Source: an uncultured delta proteobacterium (lineage in GTDB: Bacteria > Desulfobacterota > Syntrophobacteria > Syntrophobacterales > Syntrophobacteraceae). From it: a DNA stretch of 47,234 nt. Below, in pieces: positions 1 to 10,286 of the stretch (its first letter is position 1; every line of letters starts with the position of its first letter). The notes beneath the pieces were generated by a model. That model was not told where the DNA came from, did not search any database, and saw only the letters and a program-made list of their open reading frames with translations. Location of the stretch: the NCBI GenBank assembly GCA_963808625.1, contig CAWEHK010000012.1, positions 1 through 47,234 of the forward strand. The letters are read 5' to 3'. The position numbers were made by a program, and so were the translations under genes.

Positions 1-1478
<1,478 letters not shown>

Positions 1479-1561
1479 ATCCCTCTAATCCTTCTTACTA
1501 AGGCCCAGCACGTCTTACTCTACCTAGTTTCCAAAGAACAATCCCCCACCAGGGACTCATA

Positions 1562-1590
1562 AACATACTTTCTGACTTGCGCTTTGTCAA
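1562..1590 (-). promoter_or_regulatory. rrn proximal sigma70 promoter (TTGACA-17 bp-TATGTT)
   Basis: Plus strand aacata (1562-1567) and tgtcaa (1585-1590) with a 17-bp spacer, upstream of 16S. Confidence 0.75.
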
Positions 1591-1630
1591 GGGGTTTTTT
1601 TCTCGCCGACCCCCAGGTGACAAGAGCGGC

Positions 1631-1658
1631 ATTCTATGCATTTTCGATCGTCTGTCAA
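1631..1658 (-). promoter_or_regulatory. rrn distal sigma70 promoter (TTGACA-16 bp-TAGAAT)
   Basis: Plus strand attcta (1631-1636) and tgtcaa (1653-1658); 16-bp spacer typical of rrn promoters; A/T tract upstream. Confidence 0.75.
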
Positions 1659-1666
1659 CAACTAAT

Positions 1667-2593
1667 TCAACTTTTTTTTGAGCGCATCTGTTTGGCATGG
1701 GCGGAAGCCTCCAAACCCGCGATGCAGCCTTCTCCTACGGCTTTCGCCATCTGCCAGGGCGGCCCGCAAATGTCCCCGGCCGCATAAACCCCGGCTATGT
1801 TCGTCTCCTGTTTTTTGGTCGTCACGATGTACTTCATCGACTCCGGATCGAGCCCGACATTCAGTCTTCCGGCCAATTCCAGGGCCCCCTTCGCCCCAAG
1901 CTCGATGAACACACCGGCAGCCGCGATCTTCTCCCCGTTATCCAACATCACCGCTTCGACGTTGGTCCCACCTAAAATCGCCTTCACCCTGTGCCCCGCG
2001 TGCTCATGGATGGTGCTCCGCTCAATCTGGTACTGAAGGTTCTCACTGATCTCGAGATGGTCGTAGACGAGGTGAACCTCGCGAGCAATCAGCAGCAGGT
2101 TCAGCGCACCCGAACAGGCCGCGCTCTCATTGCCCACCACCACCACGACTTCATCCCGGAAGAAGTTGGCGTCGCAATCCACGCAATAACTCACTCCTTT
2201 ACCCAGCAATTCCTTTTCCCCGGGCACATTGAGGCGGTTGCGGGAGATCCCCATCGCCAGGATGAGCGACCAGGCATTGAGCCTTTCGCCGCTCTCCAAA
2301 TGGACGGCAAATCGCCCATCCTCTTCGCGGTCCACACCCAGCACATCGTACTCCAGGAAGTGCGCCCCAAATTTCTCGGCCTGGTGCTTGCCCTGCTCCA
2401 GTATTTGCCCGCCCGAAAGCGTGGCCTCCATGCAGCAATAGTTTTCAATATGCGCCTTGTACAGTGAGCTCCTGTGCACCCGCCCCAAGACCGCGACGTT
2501 TGCTTTCGCCCGCGCTGCATGGGTGGCGGCCTGGAGGCCGGCCGGTCCACTGCCCAGGATGACGACATCAAACTCTTGTACCCTGCCGCTCAT
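1667..2593 (-). CDS. trxB: Flavin thioredoxin reductase family oxidoreductase (atypical nicotinamide-binding motifs)
   Basis: DVVILGSGPAG FAD motif, GVSYCVDCD redox CxxC, C-terminal TNIAGVYAAGD...AVGEG. Start taken at MSGRVQ (2593). Confidence 0.85.
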   Translation of the reverse strand: MSGRVQEFDVVILGSGPAGLQAATHAARAKANVAVLGRVHRSSLYKAHIENYCCMEATLSGGQILEQGKHQAEKFGAHFLEYDVLGVDREEDGRFAVHLESGERLNAWSLILAMGISRNRLNVPGEKELLGKGVSYCVDCDANFFRDEVVVVVGNESAACSGALNLLLIAREVHLVYDHLEISENLQYQIERSTIHEHAGHRVKAILGGTNVEAVMLDNGEKIAAAGVFIELGAKGALELAGRLNVGLDPESMKYIVTTKKQETNIAGVYAAGDICGPPWQMAKAVGEGCIAGLEASAHAKQMRSKKS

Positions 2594-2811
2594 TGCTACT
2601 CCTCTAATTGGTTCATAAGATACCGTGTCCTTCAAAGAAGGCTTGCCCAAAACGGTCTGCATGTCAAAATCTCAGTTCACAGCTCCACCAAAATGATCTA
2701 AACTGACACTTTTGGTCATTAACGGTGAGCCCCTTGCCCCGACCATTCTTTAGGGGTTAAATGTTAACCTCCTTGCTTAAAGATAAGGCCCCTTGAAAGG
2801 CAGAGAAAGAG

Positions 2812-4176
2812 ATGCAGCAAAAAAAGGGATTCCTGGATTTTCTCTACCAGAACCTCTCTTCAATGAGACTGACGGTTTTACTCTTTTTGACCCTGGCGGT
2901 GTGTTCAATCGCCGGCACGCTTCTGCCGCAAGGCACCTCAGTGGAAGAATTGCAGAGGCATTATGGCCCCGCTCTTTCCTGGTGGGTCGATACTATTGGT
3001 CTCAACGATCTTTACCGAACGGGTTGGTTTCGGGGGCTCCTGCTCCTCCTTTGCCTGAACCTGATCGTCTGCACCACGCAGCGTCTGCCGAAAACCATAA
3101 AACTGCTCCAACACCGTGATGAACAGATCAGCCCCGAGAAGCTCGAGAAGTTCAATTTCCACAGAGAAATCACCACCAACCGACCCCTGGATGCATCCCG
3201 CACGCTGCTCACCCAAGTCATCTCCGAGGAGTTTGCTCCCCTCCAGTCGATGGCTAGCTCGGAGGCCTTTTGCGCCGTTGCCGAAAGGGGTCGTTGGAGC
3301 CGCCTGATGGTCTACATCATTCATTTCAGCGTGCTGGTGATCCTCCTGGGAGCACTCCTCGGATCGGTCTTTGGATTCAAGGGATTCATGAACCTGGCCG
3401 AGGGCGAAGCTTCCGAAGAAGTCATGCTGACGATGGGGAAAAGCGCTATTGCCCTGCCTTTTCAAGTCCGTTGCGACGATTTCGAGGTGTCGTTTTACGA
3501 CACGGGAGCACCGAAAGAGTACCGGTCCGATTTGACCATCATCGACAACGGCCAGGAGGTCCTCAAACAGGCCATTCGGGTCAACGATCCCCTGAGCTAC
3601 CAGGGAGTGACCTTTTACCAGGCTTCGTATGGTTCCCTGTTGAAGCAGGCCGAAATCGAACTGCAGGACCGCGACAGCGGGACCTCGCACAAGCTCACCC
3701 TGCCCTACCGGGAGGTGGTTCCCATTCCCGGCACCAGTGACGAAATCGAGGTCATGCAATACCAGGAGAATTTCAGCAGCTTCGGCCAGGCTGCCGCCAT
3801 CGTGCTCCTGAAAGGGGGCCAGGAACCCACGGGATCATGGATCCTGGTCGATATGCCCGAATTCCACGGCAACCGCATCCAGAACTATCGGATCAAGGTC
3901 TCGAATATTGAAAAAGGTCACTATACCGGTCTTCAGGTGAAACGTGACCCCGGTGTCTGGTTTGTCTACATCGGCTTCATTGTCATGCTGACGGGGATCG
4001 GCATGACGTTTTACACGAGCCACCGCAAACTCTGGGTTTGGGCTTCTCCCGGCAAGGGCAAAGGCAATGCGACCACGGTCGTCATCGCCGGAAGGACCAA
4101 CAAGAATTCTCTTGCCTTTGAAGAGGAATTCAACCATTTATGTGCACGGCTTGAGGATGGCTTGAATCCCAAGTGA
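2812..4176 (+). CDS. resB: Cytochrome c biogenesis protein ResB/Ccs1 (system II)
   Basis: SSMRLTV..L...SIAGTLLPQ, IHFSVLVILLG, IRVNDPLSYQGVTFYQASY, YTGLQVKRDPGVWFVYIG. Confidence 0.93.
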   Translation: MQQKKGFLDFLYQNLSSMRLTVLLFLTLAVCSIAGTLLPQGTSVEELQRHYGPALSWWVDTIGLNDLYRTGWFRGLLLLLCLNLIVCTTQRLPKTIKLLQHRDEQISPEKLEKFNFHREITTNRPLDASRTLLTQVISEEFAPLQSMASSEAFCAVAERGRWSRLMVYIIHFSVLVILLGALLGSVFGFKGFMNLAEGEASEEVMLTMGKSAIALPFQVRCDDFEVSFYDTGAPKEYRSDLTIIDNGQEVLKQAIRVNDPLSYQGVTFYQASYGSLLKQAEIELQDRDSGTSHKLTLPYREVVPIPGTSDEIEVMQYQENFSSFGQAAAIVLLKGGQEPTGSWILVDMPEFHGNRIQNYRIKVSNIEKGHYTGLQVKRDPGVWFVYIGFIVMLTGIGMTFYTSHRKLWVWASPGKGKGNATTVVIAGRTNKNSLAFEEEFNHLCARLEDGLNPK

Positions 4177-4198
4177 CAATAAGGAAACAAGGTATATC

Positions 4199-5049
4199 AT
4201 GGACAGTTCGTTGCTGTTGAGCATAACCACCTTTGCCTACCTGCTTTGCACTCTGCTCTACCTTTCCGGAGTATTGTTCCGATATCGCCCCTTGCTGGTT
4301 TCAGGAAGCGTGGTGGCGCGTCTGACCTCTCGTCATACAGACCGCAGGAATTCTGCTTCGCTGGCGGGAATCGTATCAACTGGGATACGGCCATGCGCCG
4401 CTTTCGAACCTTTACGAGTCCCTGGTTTTTGCGGCATGGGCCATCATGCTGATCTACCTCATTCTTGAGCTGCGCTCCCGACAGCGCGTTCTTGGCGTTT
4501 TCCCGGCATTGTTTGCCTTTCTTGCCATGGCCTATGCTTCGTTTTCAACCCAGGTGGATTCCAAGATCCAACCCCTGGTGCCGGCGCTCAAGAGCAACTG
4601 GCTGATTGCCCATGTCGTGACCTGTTTCCTTGGCTACGCGGCCTTTGCCATCTCGTTTGGCATCAGCATTCTTTATCTCGTTGAAGAAAACCCATAGCGA
4701 CAATCCCCATCCGAAAGGAATTCTCGGGCTCTTCCCTGAGGCAAGACAACTCGACCAGTTCAACTACCAGATGATCGTGTTTGGTTTTCTGTGGCTTTCG
4801 CTGGGGATAATCACCGGCTCCATCTGGGCCAATTCGGCCTGGGGAACCTATTGGAGCTGGGACCCCAAAGAGACCTGGTCGCTCATTACCTGGTTCGTCT
4901 ATGCCGCCCTGCTCCATGCGCGAACGATGCAAGGATGGCGCGGCGGCCGGGTGGCATGGCTCTCGGTTATCGGCTTTGGTTGCGTGCTTTTCACCTATTT
5001 CGGCGTTAATTTCCTGCTAAGCGGTCTCCACAGCTATGCCACGAAGTAA
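4199..5049 (+). CDS. ccsA: Cytochrome c biogenesis protein CcsA/ResC (two apparent frameshifts near 4330 and 4685)
   Basis: Joined frames give [34 protein letters not shown] and the WWD motif [18 protein letters not shown]...GLHSYA. Confidence 0.92.
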
Positions 5050-5119
5050 TGGACGATGAAGGGACCATCAAGCGGCAACACAGCCGCACCGCATCACCCG
5101 AAACCGGGGAGGGCAGAAC

Positions 5120-5503
5120 ATGTTTGACATTGGTTTTGACGAATTTCTCCTGATTTTGGTTGTAGCCCTCTTCGTCTATGGGCCAAACAAGCTTCCCGAC
5201 CTGGCCAAGGCCCTGGGGCGAGGTTATGCCGAATTTCGAAGAGCCACCAATGAACTCAAGCAAACCTTCGACCAAGACGAAACGGTCCGTGAAATCAAGC
5301 AGGAATTCCATAAAGCTCAAAACGAAGTTCTCTATGGCAAGCGTCTATTGGAGCCGGATGCAGCCAAAACCACACTAACCGCAATGATCAATGGGGTTGT
5401 TGAGTCGCCTGATGCCGCCTCTGATAAGAACGACACCGGGAAAAAACAAGGAGAACCTGCCGCCGCGACTACGGGAACCACCGATGACGCGAAGTTGTAC
5501 TGA
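5120..5503 (+). CDS. tatB: Twin-arginine translocase TatA/TatB family subunit
   Basis: [42 protein letters not shown]; directly upstream of tatC. Confidence 0.85.
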   Translation: MFDIGFDEFLLILVVALFVYGPNKLPDLAKALGRGYAEFRRATNELKQTFDQDETVREIKQEFHKAQNEVLYGKRLLEPDAAKTTLTAMINGVVESPDAASDKNDTGKKQGEPAAATTGTTDDAKLY

Positions 5504-5544
5504 TCTTTCCCGACACCAGAGCAGATCCCTCAAGAGACCGGACC

Positions 5545-6321
5545 ATGCCTGAAGAGAAAATGCCCTTCACCCAACATCTGGAAGAACTCCGAAAAAGATT
5601 GGTGATATGCGCCATCGCGATTGGGGTCGGGTTTTTGATCTGCTACGCCTTCGCCGACAAGATTTTTCAGGTCCTCTGCAAGCCCTGGCTCGAAGCCCTG
5701 CCCAAAGAGCAGACCGTAAAGCTCATCGCCACCGCTCCCCATGAAGCCTTCTTCACCTACATGAAGGTTGCCTTCATTGCCGGGACTATGTTGGCGGTAC
5801 CGGTGATTCTTTACCAGCTTTGGCTGTTTATCGCCCCTGGGCTGTATGATAAGGAGAAGCGCGCCGTTCTTCCGGTAGTGCTTTTTTCGAGTCTCTTCTT
5901 TCTCGGGGGGGCGGCGTTCGGCTATTTTTGCGTGTTTCCTTACGGTTTTGCGTTCTTTGCTTCATTTGCCACGGACTACATCACCCCCATGATCACCACC
6001 CGCGAGTTCCTGTCCTTCACGACGCGGATGCTGTTTGGCTTCGGAATGGTTTTTGAGCTGCCCATTTTTGCCTTCTTCCTGGCCAAGCTCGGCTTGATCA
6101 CGGCCCCGCTCATGAGGCGCATGCGCAAGATGGCCATCATTGTTATTTTCATCATCGCTGCGGCCATCACTCCCGGCCCTGATGTTTTTTCCCAGTTGAT
6201 GATGGCGGGGCCCCTGCTGATTCTCTACGAAGCCAGCGTGTGGATCGTTCATATTTTCGGCAAGAAAGAAAAGGTCGAAGAAGCAGCCGAGGAAGAAGAA
6301 CAACCCACCTCCACCACGTGA
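5545..6321 (+). CDS. tatC: Twin-arginine translocase subunit TatC
   Basis: MPFTQHLEELRKRL, YQLWLFIAPGLY, FELP, AAITPGPD, LYEAS motifs. Confidence 0.96.
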   Translation: MPEEKMPFTQHLEELRKRLVICAIAIGVGFLICYAFADKIFQVLCKPWLEALPKEQTVKLIATAPHEAFFTYMKVAFIAGTMLAVPVILYQLWLFIAPGLYDKEKRAVLPVVLFSSLFFLGGAAFGYFCVFPYGFAFFASFATDYITPMITTREFLSFTTRMLFGFGMVFELPIFAFFLAKLGLITAPLMRRMRKMAIIVIFIIAAAITPGPDVFSQLMMAGPLLILYEASVWIVHIFGKKEKVEEAAEEEEQPTSTT

Positions 6322-6348
6322 TCGATTCAGGAGAGGAACAATAACTGC

Positions 6349-7009
6349 ATGGAGAAGGTGCTGCTGGTAGTAGCTACGAGAAATCGCGGAAAATCAAAAG
6401 AAATCCGTGAATTCCTTCGGGATTTTCCGGTGGAAATAAAGGACCTGAACGATTTTGGGCCGATCCCGGAAGCAACCGAGGACGGGGAGACCTTTGAGGA
6501 GAATGCCTACAAAAAGGCAAGCTTTACCGCTAAAGTGCTCGGCTTTCCTGCCCTGGCCGATGACTCGGGTCTCGAGGTGGAAGCGCTGGGAGGTCAGCCG
6601 GGAGTCCACTCGGCCCGCTATGCGGGCCCGAAGGCCAGTGATGAAGAGAATAATGCCAAGCTGCTGGCAGCGCTCTCGGGAATCACCCATCGCAAAGCGC
6701 GATTCTGCTGCGTGCTGTCCCTGGCGGTTCCTTCCGGGCCGGCGCTCACCTATGAGGCCGCCTGCGAGGGACTGATTGTGGACACGCCCCGGGGTCACAA
6801 GGGTTTCGGCTACGATCCGCTCTTTTACTACCCTCCGCTGGGCAAAACCTTCGGGGAAATGGACGCTCGAGGAGAAGTCCCAGGTGAGCCATCGCGGTAG
6901 GGCGCTTATGCAATTGAAGGGCGAGTTCGAAAAGGTCCTTCAGTGGTTAAATCGAAGACTTGAAGAAGAGCGAATCCTGCGCGGCGCCCACGACATCTGC
7001 CGCCGATGA
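6349..7009 (+). CDS. rdgB: XTP/dITP diphosphatase (Ham1/RdgB); frameshift near 6865
   Basis: ATRNRGK..E, TFEENA..KA, LADDSGLEV, PGVHSARYA, GFGYDP; EEKSQVSHRGRA continues in the next frame. Confidence 0.93.
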
Positions 7010-7062
7010 AGCTGATCGGTTGTTTCCATTTATACCGGTCAGGGATGAAGTATTTCTTTCTT

Positions 7063-7144
7063 CACCGCGGAGAACGCAGAGTACGCAGAGGGATTTTCTC
7101 TGGAATATTTTGGTTTCTCTGCGATCTCAGCGTGCTCTGCGGTT
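7063..7144. repeat. Palindromic ccgcagag/ctctgcg-type interspersed repeat
   Basis: accgcggagaacgcagagtacgcagag ... ctctgcgatctcagcgtgctctgcggt; related copy at 23313-23375. Confidence 0.7.
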
Positions 7145-7225
7145 ATAGGAGCATCATCCGCACGGATAGGAACGGGGGGCGGGTTTTCCAACCCGCCATC
7201 GAAACGAGTTGCCGCTTGAGAAGCG

Positions 7226-7651
7226 TCACCTCCGCGTATAGAACTTCTTCCACGGTTGTCGTTCGTTTTCCCTGCCATCGGCAATGGCCAGGCGCAGGAC
7301 CTCAATCGCCTGCTCGGCACAATGATTCTCCTCGGGAGGCAGAGTTTCGAGATAGCCGATGATGTCCTCCGGAGAGAGCGCCAAGCCTTCCTGCAGTGTC
7401 TTTCCCCGAACGAGATGGACCGCAGCATTGGCGCAGACGACGGCGAAAAGACACCCATCGGTCTCAAACGCCGCCGACTCAATCCGTCCGTTGCGAACGA
7501 CCAGGAAGATCTCTATTGTATCCCCGCACTCTCGGGACGTCTTTGCATAGCCATCGGGATTTCTCAAGACTCCCCGCGTATCGGTCCGCAACGCCATTTC
7601 AAGAAAAGGTAGCGACTGATTCTGCCAAAAATCGATAGCAGCCTGGTCCAT
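7226..7651 (-). CDS. NifU/IscU N-terminal domain Fe-S scaffold protein
   Basis: ECGDTIEIFL, FETDGC...VCA, LPPEENHCA: three conserved Cys of NifU_N. Confidence 0.88.
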   Translation of the reverse strand: MDQAAIDFWQNQSLPFLEMALRTDTRGVLRNPDGYAKTSRECGDTIEIFLVVRNGRIESAAFETDGCLFAVVCANAAVHLVRGKTLQEGLALSPEDIIGYLETLPPEENHCAEQAIEVLRLAIADGRENERQPWKKFYTRR

Positions 7652-7798
7652 TAAGTTCGCCTCGCCAAACCCGCATGCATTTCAGGTAAAAATCCCGTCC
7701 TGAGTGCACCCCAGGAACATGCTCTTTCTCAAAGCCCCATGTTAACCGAATCGGCCCCGGCTTTCAAACCCCTCAGCAACCCTCAGCGAATTTGGGTC

Positions 7799-8482
7799 TC
7801 AGGGGTTACATATCCCACAAGGCTTGTACCCCGCCCTTATTGCTTGCTCCCTGCCTTTGAAGACAGCAATGCAGCTGGTGCAGTCAAACTCCTCGCAATT
7901 CGATGAGTGAAATACGTGCCGTACGATATCACCCTGGTAGATGGGTATCAAAGCCCCCTTGCTATGCCGGAATTCCCAGGGAGGGATCGGATCGGGCATC
8001 GACCAGAGGCCGAACCTCTGCCGTTTGGCTCGCTTTTCCAGCTCCTTCCATTCCTTGCATCCCGGTGTCGTGCAGGATTGGTTGGATACCCAGGCAAGGC
8101 CCGCCCTGATGAGTTCTTCATTCAGGCACTTGCCGCTCTCGGTATAGACGAGAGCCAAAGTCCGCCCAAATTGATCCTTGGTCTTCCCTTTGCGATCGAT
8201 GACGACGGGTTCGACTTCGACCGTTTTCCGAAGCGCACGCTGGGAAGTGAAGTCTTTCGCCATCTGGCCAAAAGGCTGGCGCACCCCGGGACAATCGATG
8301 CCGTAGAGGCTAACCCTCTCTCCTTTGCCCTCATGGGAGACGGTGAGGTAGCTGCCGTCGGTGACACCGGTGACCTTACCTTCCCAGGCGTCAGAGGATG
8401 CCGCTGAGGAGACAATAAAGAGGGATAAAACAAAGCAGAAAATGTTTGTCTGTCCCGTGCGATATTTGGCCGTGCTCATCAC
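7799..8482 (-). CDS. Secreted thermonuclease (SNase)-fold protein with C-terminal Ada-type Zn-binding domain; active site degenerate
   Basis: Signal peptide; LYGIDCP..QPFG, DQFGRTLA, LNEELIRAGLAW, GLWSMPDPIPPWEFR; C-terminal FHSSNC...AIRAGYKPCGICNP. Confidence 0.85.
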   Translation of the reverse strand: MMSTAKYRTGQTNIFCFVLSLFIVSSAASSDAWEGKVTGVTDGSYLTVSHEGKGERVSLYGIDCPGVRQPFGQMAKDFTSQRALRKTVEVEPVVIDRKGKTKDQFGRTLALVYTESGKCLNEELIRAGLAWVSNQSCTTPGCKEWKELEKRAKRQRFGLWSMPDPIPPWEFRHSKGALIPIYQGDIVRHVFHSSNCEEFDCTSCIAVFKGREQAIRAGYKPCGICNP

Positions 8483-8560
8483 TTAAAAACTTCCCTCATA
8501 TTATGGAAAAAGTGACGTCATTCCGTTTTGCGTCAAACCTCTCTTGACCAAGTCAACCAA

Positions 8561-8800
8561 TCAAACCTTCAACATCCAATGTCTTTTCCACATCACCCAC
8601 ACTGCCAGGAACACAAAGAGGGTGACGCTCACGGCAAAGATCAGGGAACCAAGTTCCTTGTCGGCCACCGGTGCATGGATGGTGTCGTAGATGGACCTTT
8701 TGAGGGTGGTCCTCCTGCCATCGGCCCGCGTCACCTCAAGCACTCGCATTGTCTTGGAGAGTAACTCTGAGAACACGTAAGCGGCAATAGCATTCATCCC
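8561..8800 (-). pseudogene. C-terminal fragment of a heparan-alpha-glucosaminide N-acetyltransferase-like membrane acyltransferase
   Basis: FGMNAIAAYVFSELL...GSLIFAV...MWKRHWMLKV is the typical C-terminus of this family; no N-terminal part fits before the tRNA. Confidence 0.6.
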
Positions 8801-8908
8801 GAAAAGGACTGAATCGTCTGGCTGGTAGGATCTCTTGTTTTGACTCGCCTCGTCTTGTTTGATCGCTCAACCACAATCAAGGCACGGCTGCATCAACTTT
8901 GTTCTTAC

Positions 8909-8984
8909 TGGTGGGCGAGAGAGGATTCGAACCTCCGACTTCCACCGTGTGAGGATGGCACTCTCACCGCTGAGTTACTCGCCC
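8909..8984 (-). tRNA. tRNA-Val (anticodon CAC)
   Basis: Reverse complement GGGCGAGTAACTCAGCGGTGAGAGTGCCATCCT-CAC-ACGGTGGAAGTCGGAGGTTCGAATCCTCTCTCGCCCACCA; acceptor stem, GGTTCGAA T-loop, encoded CCA. Confidence 0.96.
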
Positions 8985-8998
8985 ACGGACTGCCGGAA

Positions 8999-9027
8999 CT
9001 TATATCGCAAAAGCAGGACCGGTGCAA
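8999..9027 (-). promoter_or_regulatory. sigma70 promoter of tRNA-Val (TTGCAC-17 bp-TATAAG)
   Basis: Plus strand cttata (8999-9004) and gtgcaa (9022-9027), 14 nt upstream of the tRNA. Confidence 0.6.
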
Positions 9028-9326
9028 CAGAAAAGCATTAACAATTTCAACAGGGGGTAGAATTCAAGGGATTTCTTTATCCCGGCGTATTGTATTTTTG
9101 TTCGCGGTAAGCTATCGAACCGTGAGAAGGAATAGTTTTGCAGGAGATTTGGGCTTGTGCGGGCCAGTGGCGCTGCCGATGGGCCCCACGGCGATGACGA
9201 TCAGGGAGTTCCTCCTGGTATTCCTGGGAGAGGTTCGCGTGTCGATCATTGCCGCGCAGTACAGTATGTTGCTCGATCATTGTCGATGGTTCGCATCGGC
9301 TTATAATCGGTCTCACCATTTGCAGT

Positions 9327-10253
9327 ATGCAGTCAATGTTTTCAGACAAAATTGAAGCGGCTCAACGACCCGGCATCCTTACCAGCCCGGCTCTTCGCGG
9401 GATCCTGTGGATGGTGCTTGCACAGGTGCTCTTTTCCGCCATGGGAGTGTTCACGCGACTCGGGGCGCAAAACGTGCCGTGGCAGGAGGCGGCGCTTTCG
9501 CGGTTCGGTGTGGGGGCACTGGTCGCATACCTGATGGCGAGGACGCGCCGCACCAGCCTCGGCATCACGAACAAGAAGCTCATGTGGATTCGCAGCATCA
9601 CGGGGACGCTTTCGGCGCTTTGCGTCTTTTATGTATGGGCATCGCCCGAAATCCCGCTCGGCGACGCCGTGACGCTCACTTCGGTCGGACCGGTGTTCGT
9701 GGTCCTGCTGTCCTGGCCGCTTCTGAAAGAGCGCGTCGGAAGGCTCGTCTGGGGCGCGGTACCCATTGCGTTCAGCGGGATCGTGCTGGTTGTGAAACCA
9801 TCGTTTCACGTGGCAATCTCTTTTGCCGTGATCGCGGTCGTCGGTTCTTTCTTCTATTCCCTGGCGATGATCTCGCTGCGCCAGATCGGCCCGAGCGAGT
9901 CAGGTGAGGCCGTCGTTCTCTATTTCTCGCTTTTCGGAACGCTCGTGATGCTCTGCATTACGCTTCCCGTATGGGAAACCCCTGATCCGGTTACGGGGCT
10001 CTTCCTCGTGCTCACAGGATTGTCCGGAGGGTTTGCGCAGGTCGCCATGACGCGCGCCTACTCGCTCGACCGCGCCGCGCGGATCTCCGCCTTGAACTAC
10101 CTCGGAATCATCTTCACAAACCTCTTCGCCATCCCCGTATTCGGCAACCTCCCGAGCTTCTGGCAAATCGTCGGGTCGGGGCTCGTCATCCTCTCGGGAA
10201 TCTTCATCACGCTCAGCGCGCAACAGGAAAAGGTCCCGCTGGAGATGGCATGA
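9327..10253 (+). CDS. DMT/EamA family transporter
   Basis: About 10 hydrophobic segments in two repeats; LSWPLLKERV, GIVLVVKP, AQVAMTRAY; start uncertain (9327 or 9336). Confidence 0.9.
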   Translation: MQSMFSDKIEAAQRPGILTSPALRGILWMVLAQVLFSAMGVFTRLGAQNVPWQEAALSRFGVGALVAYLMARTRRTSLGITNKKLMWIRSITGTLSALCVFYVWASPEIPLGDAVTLTSVGPVFVVLLSWPLLKERVGRLVWGAVPIAFSGIVLVVKPSFHVAISFAVIAVVGSFFYSLAMISLRQIGPSESGEAVVLYFSLFGTLVMLCITLPVWETPDPVTGLFLVLTGLSGGFAQVAMTRAYSLDRAARISALNYLGIIFTNLFAIPVFGNLPSFWQIVGSGLVILSGIFITLSAQQEKVPLEMA

Positions 10254-10286
10254 AAGGGGTCAGGAAAATCATCGAACGCCGAAGTT

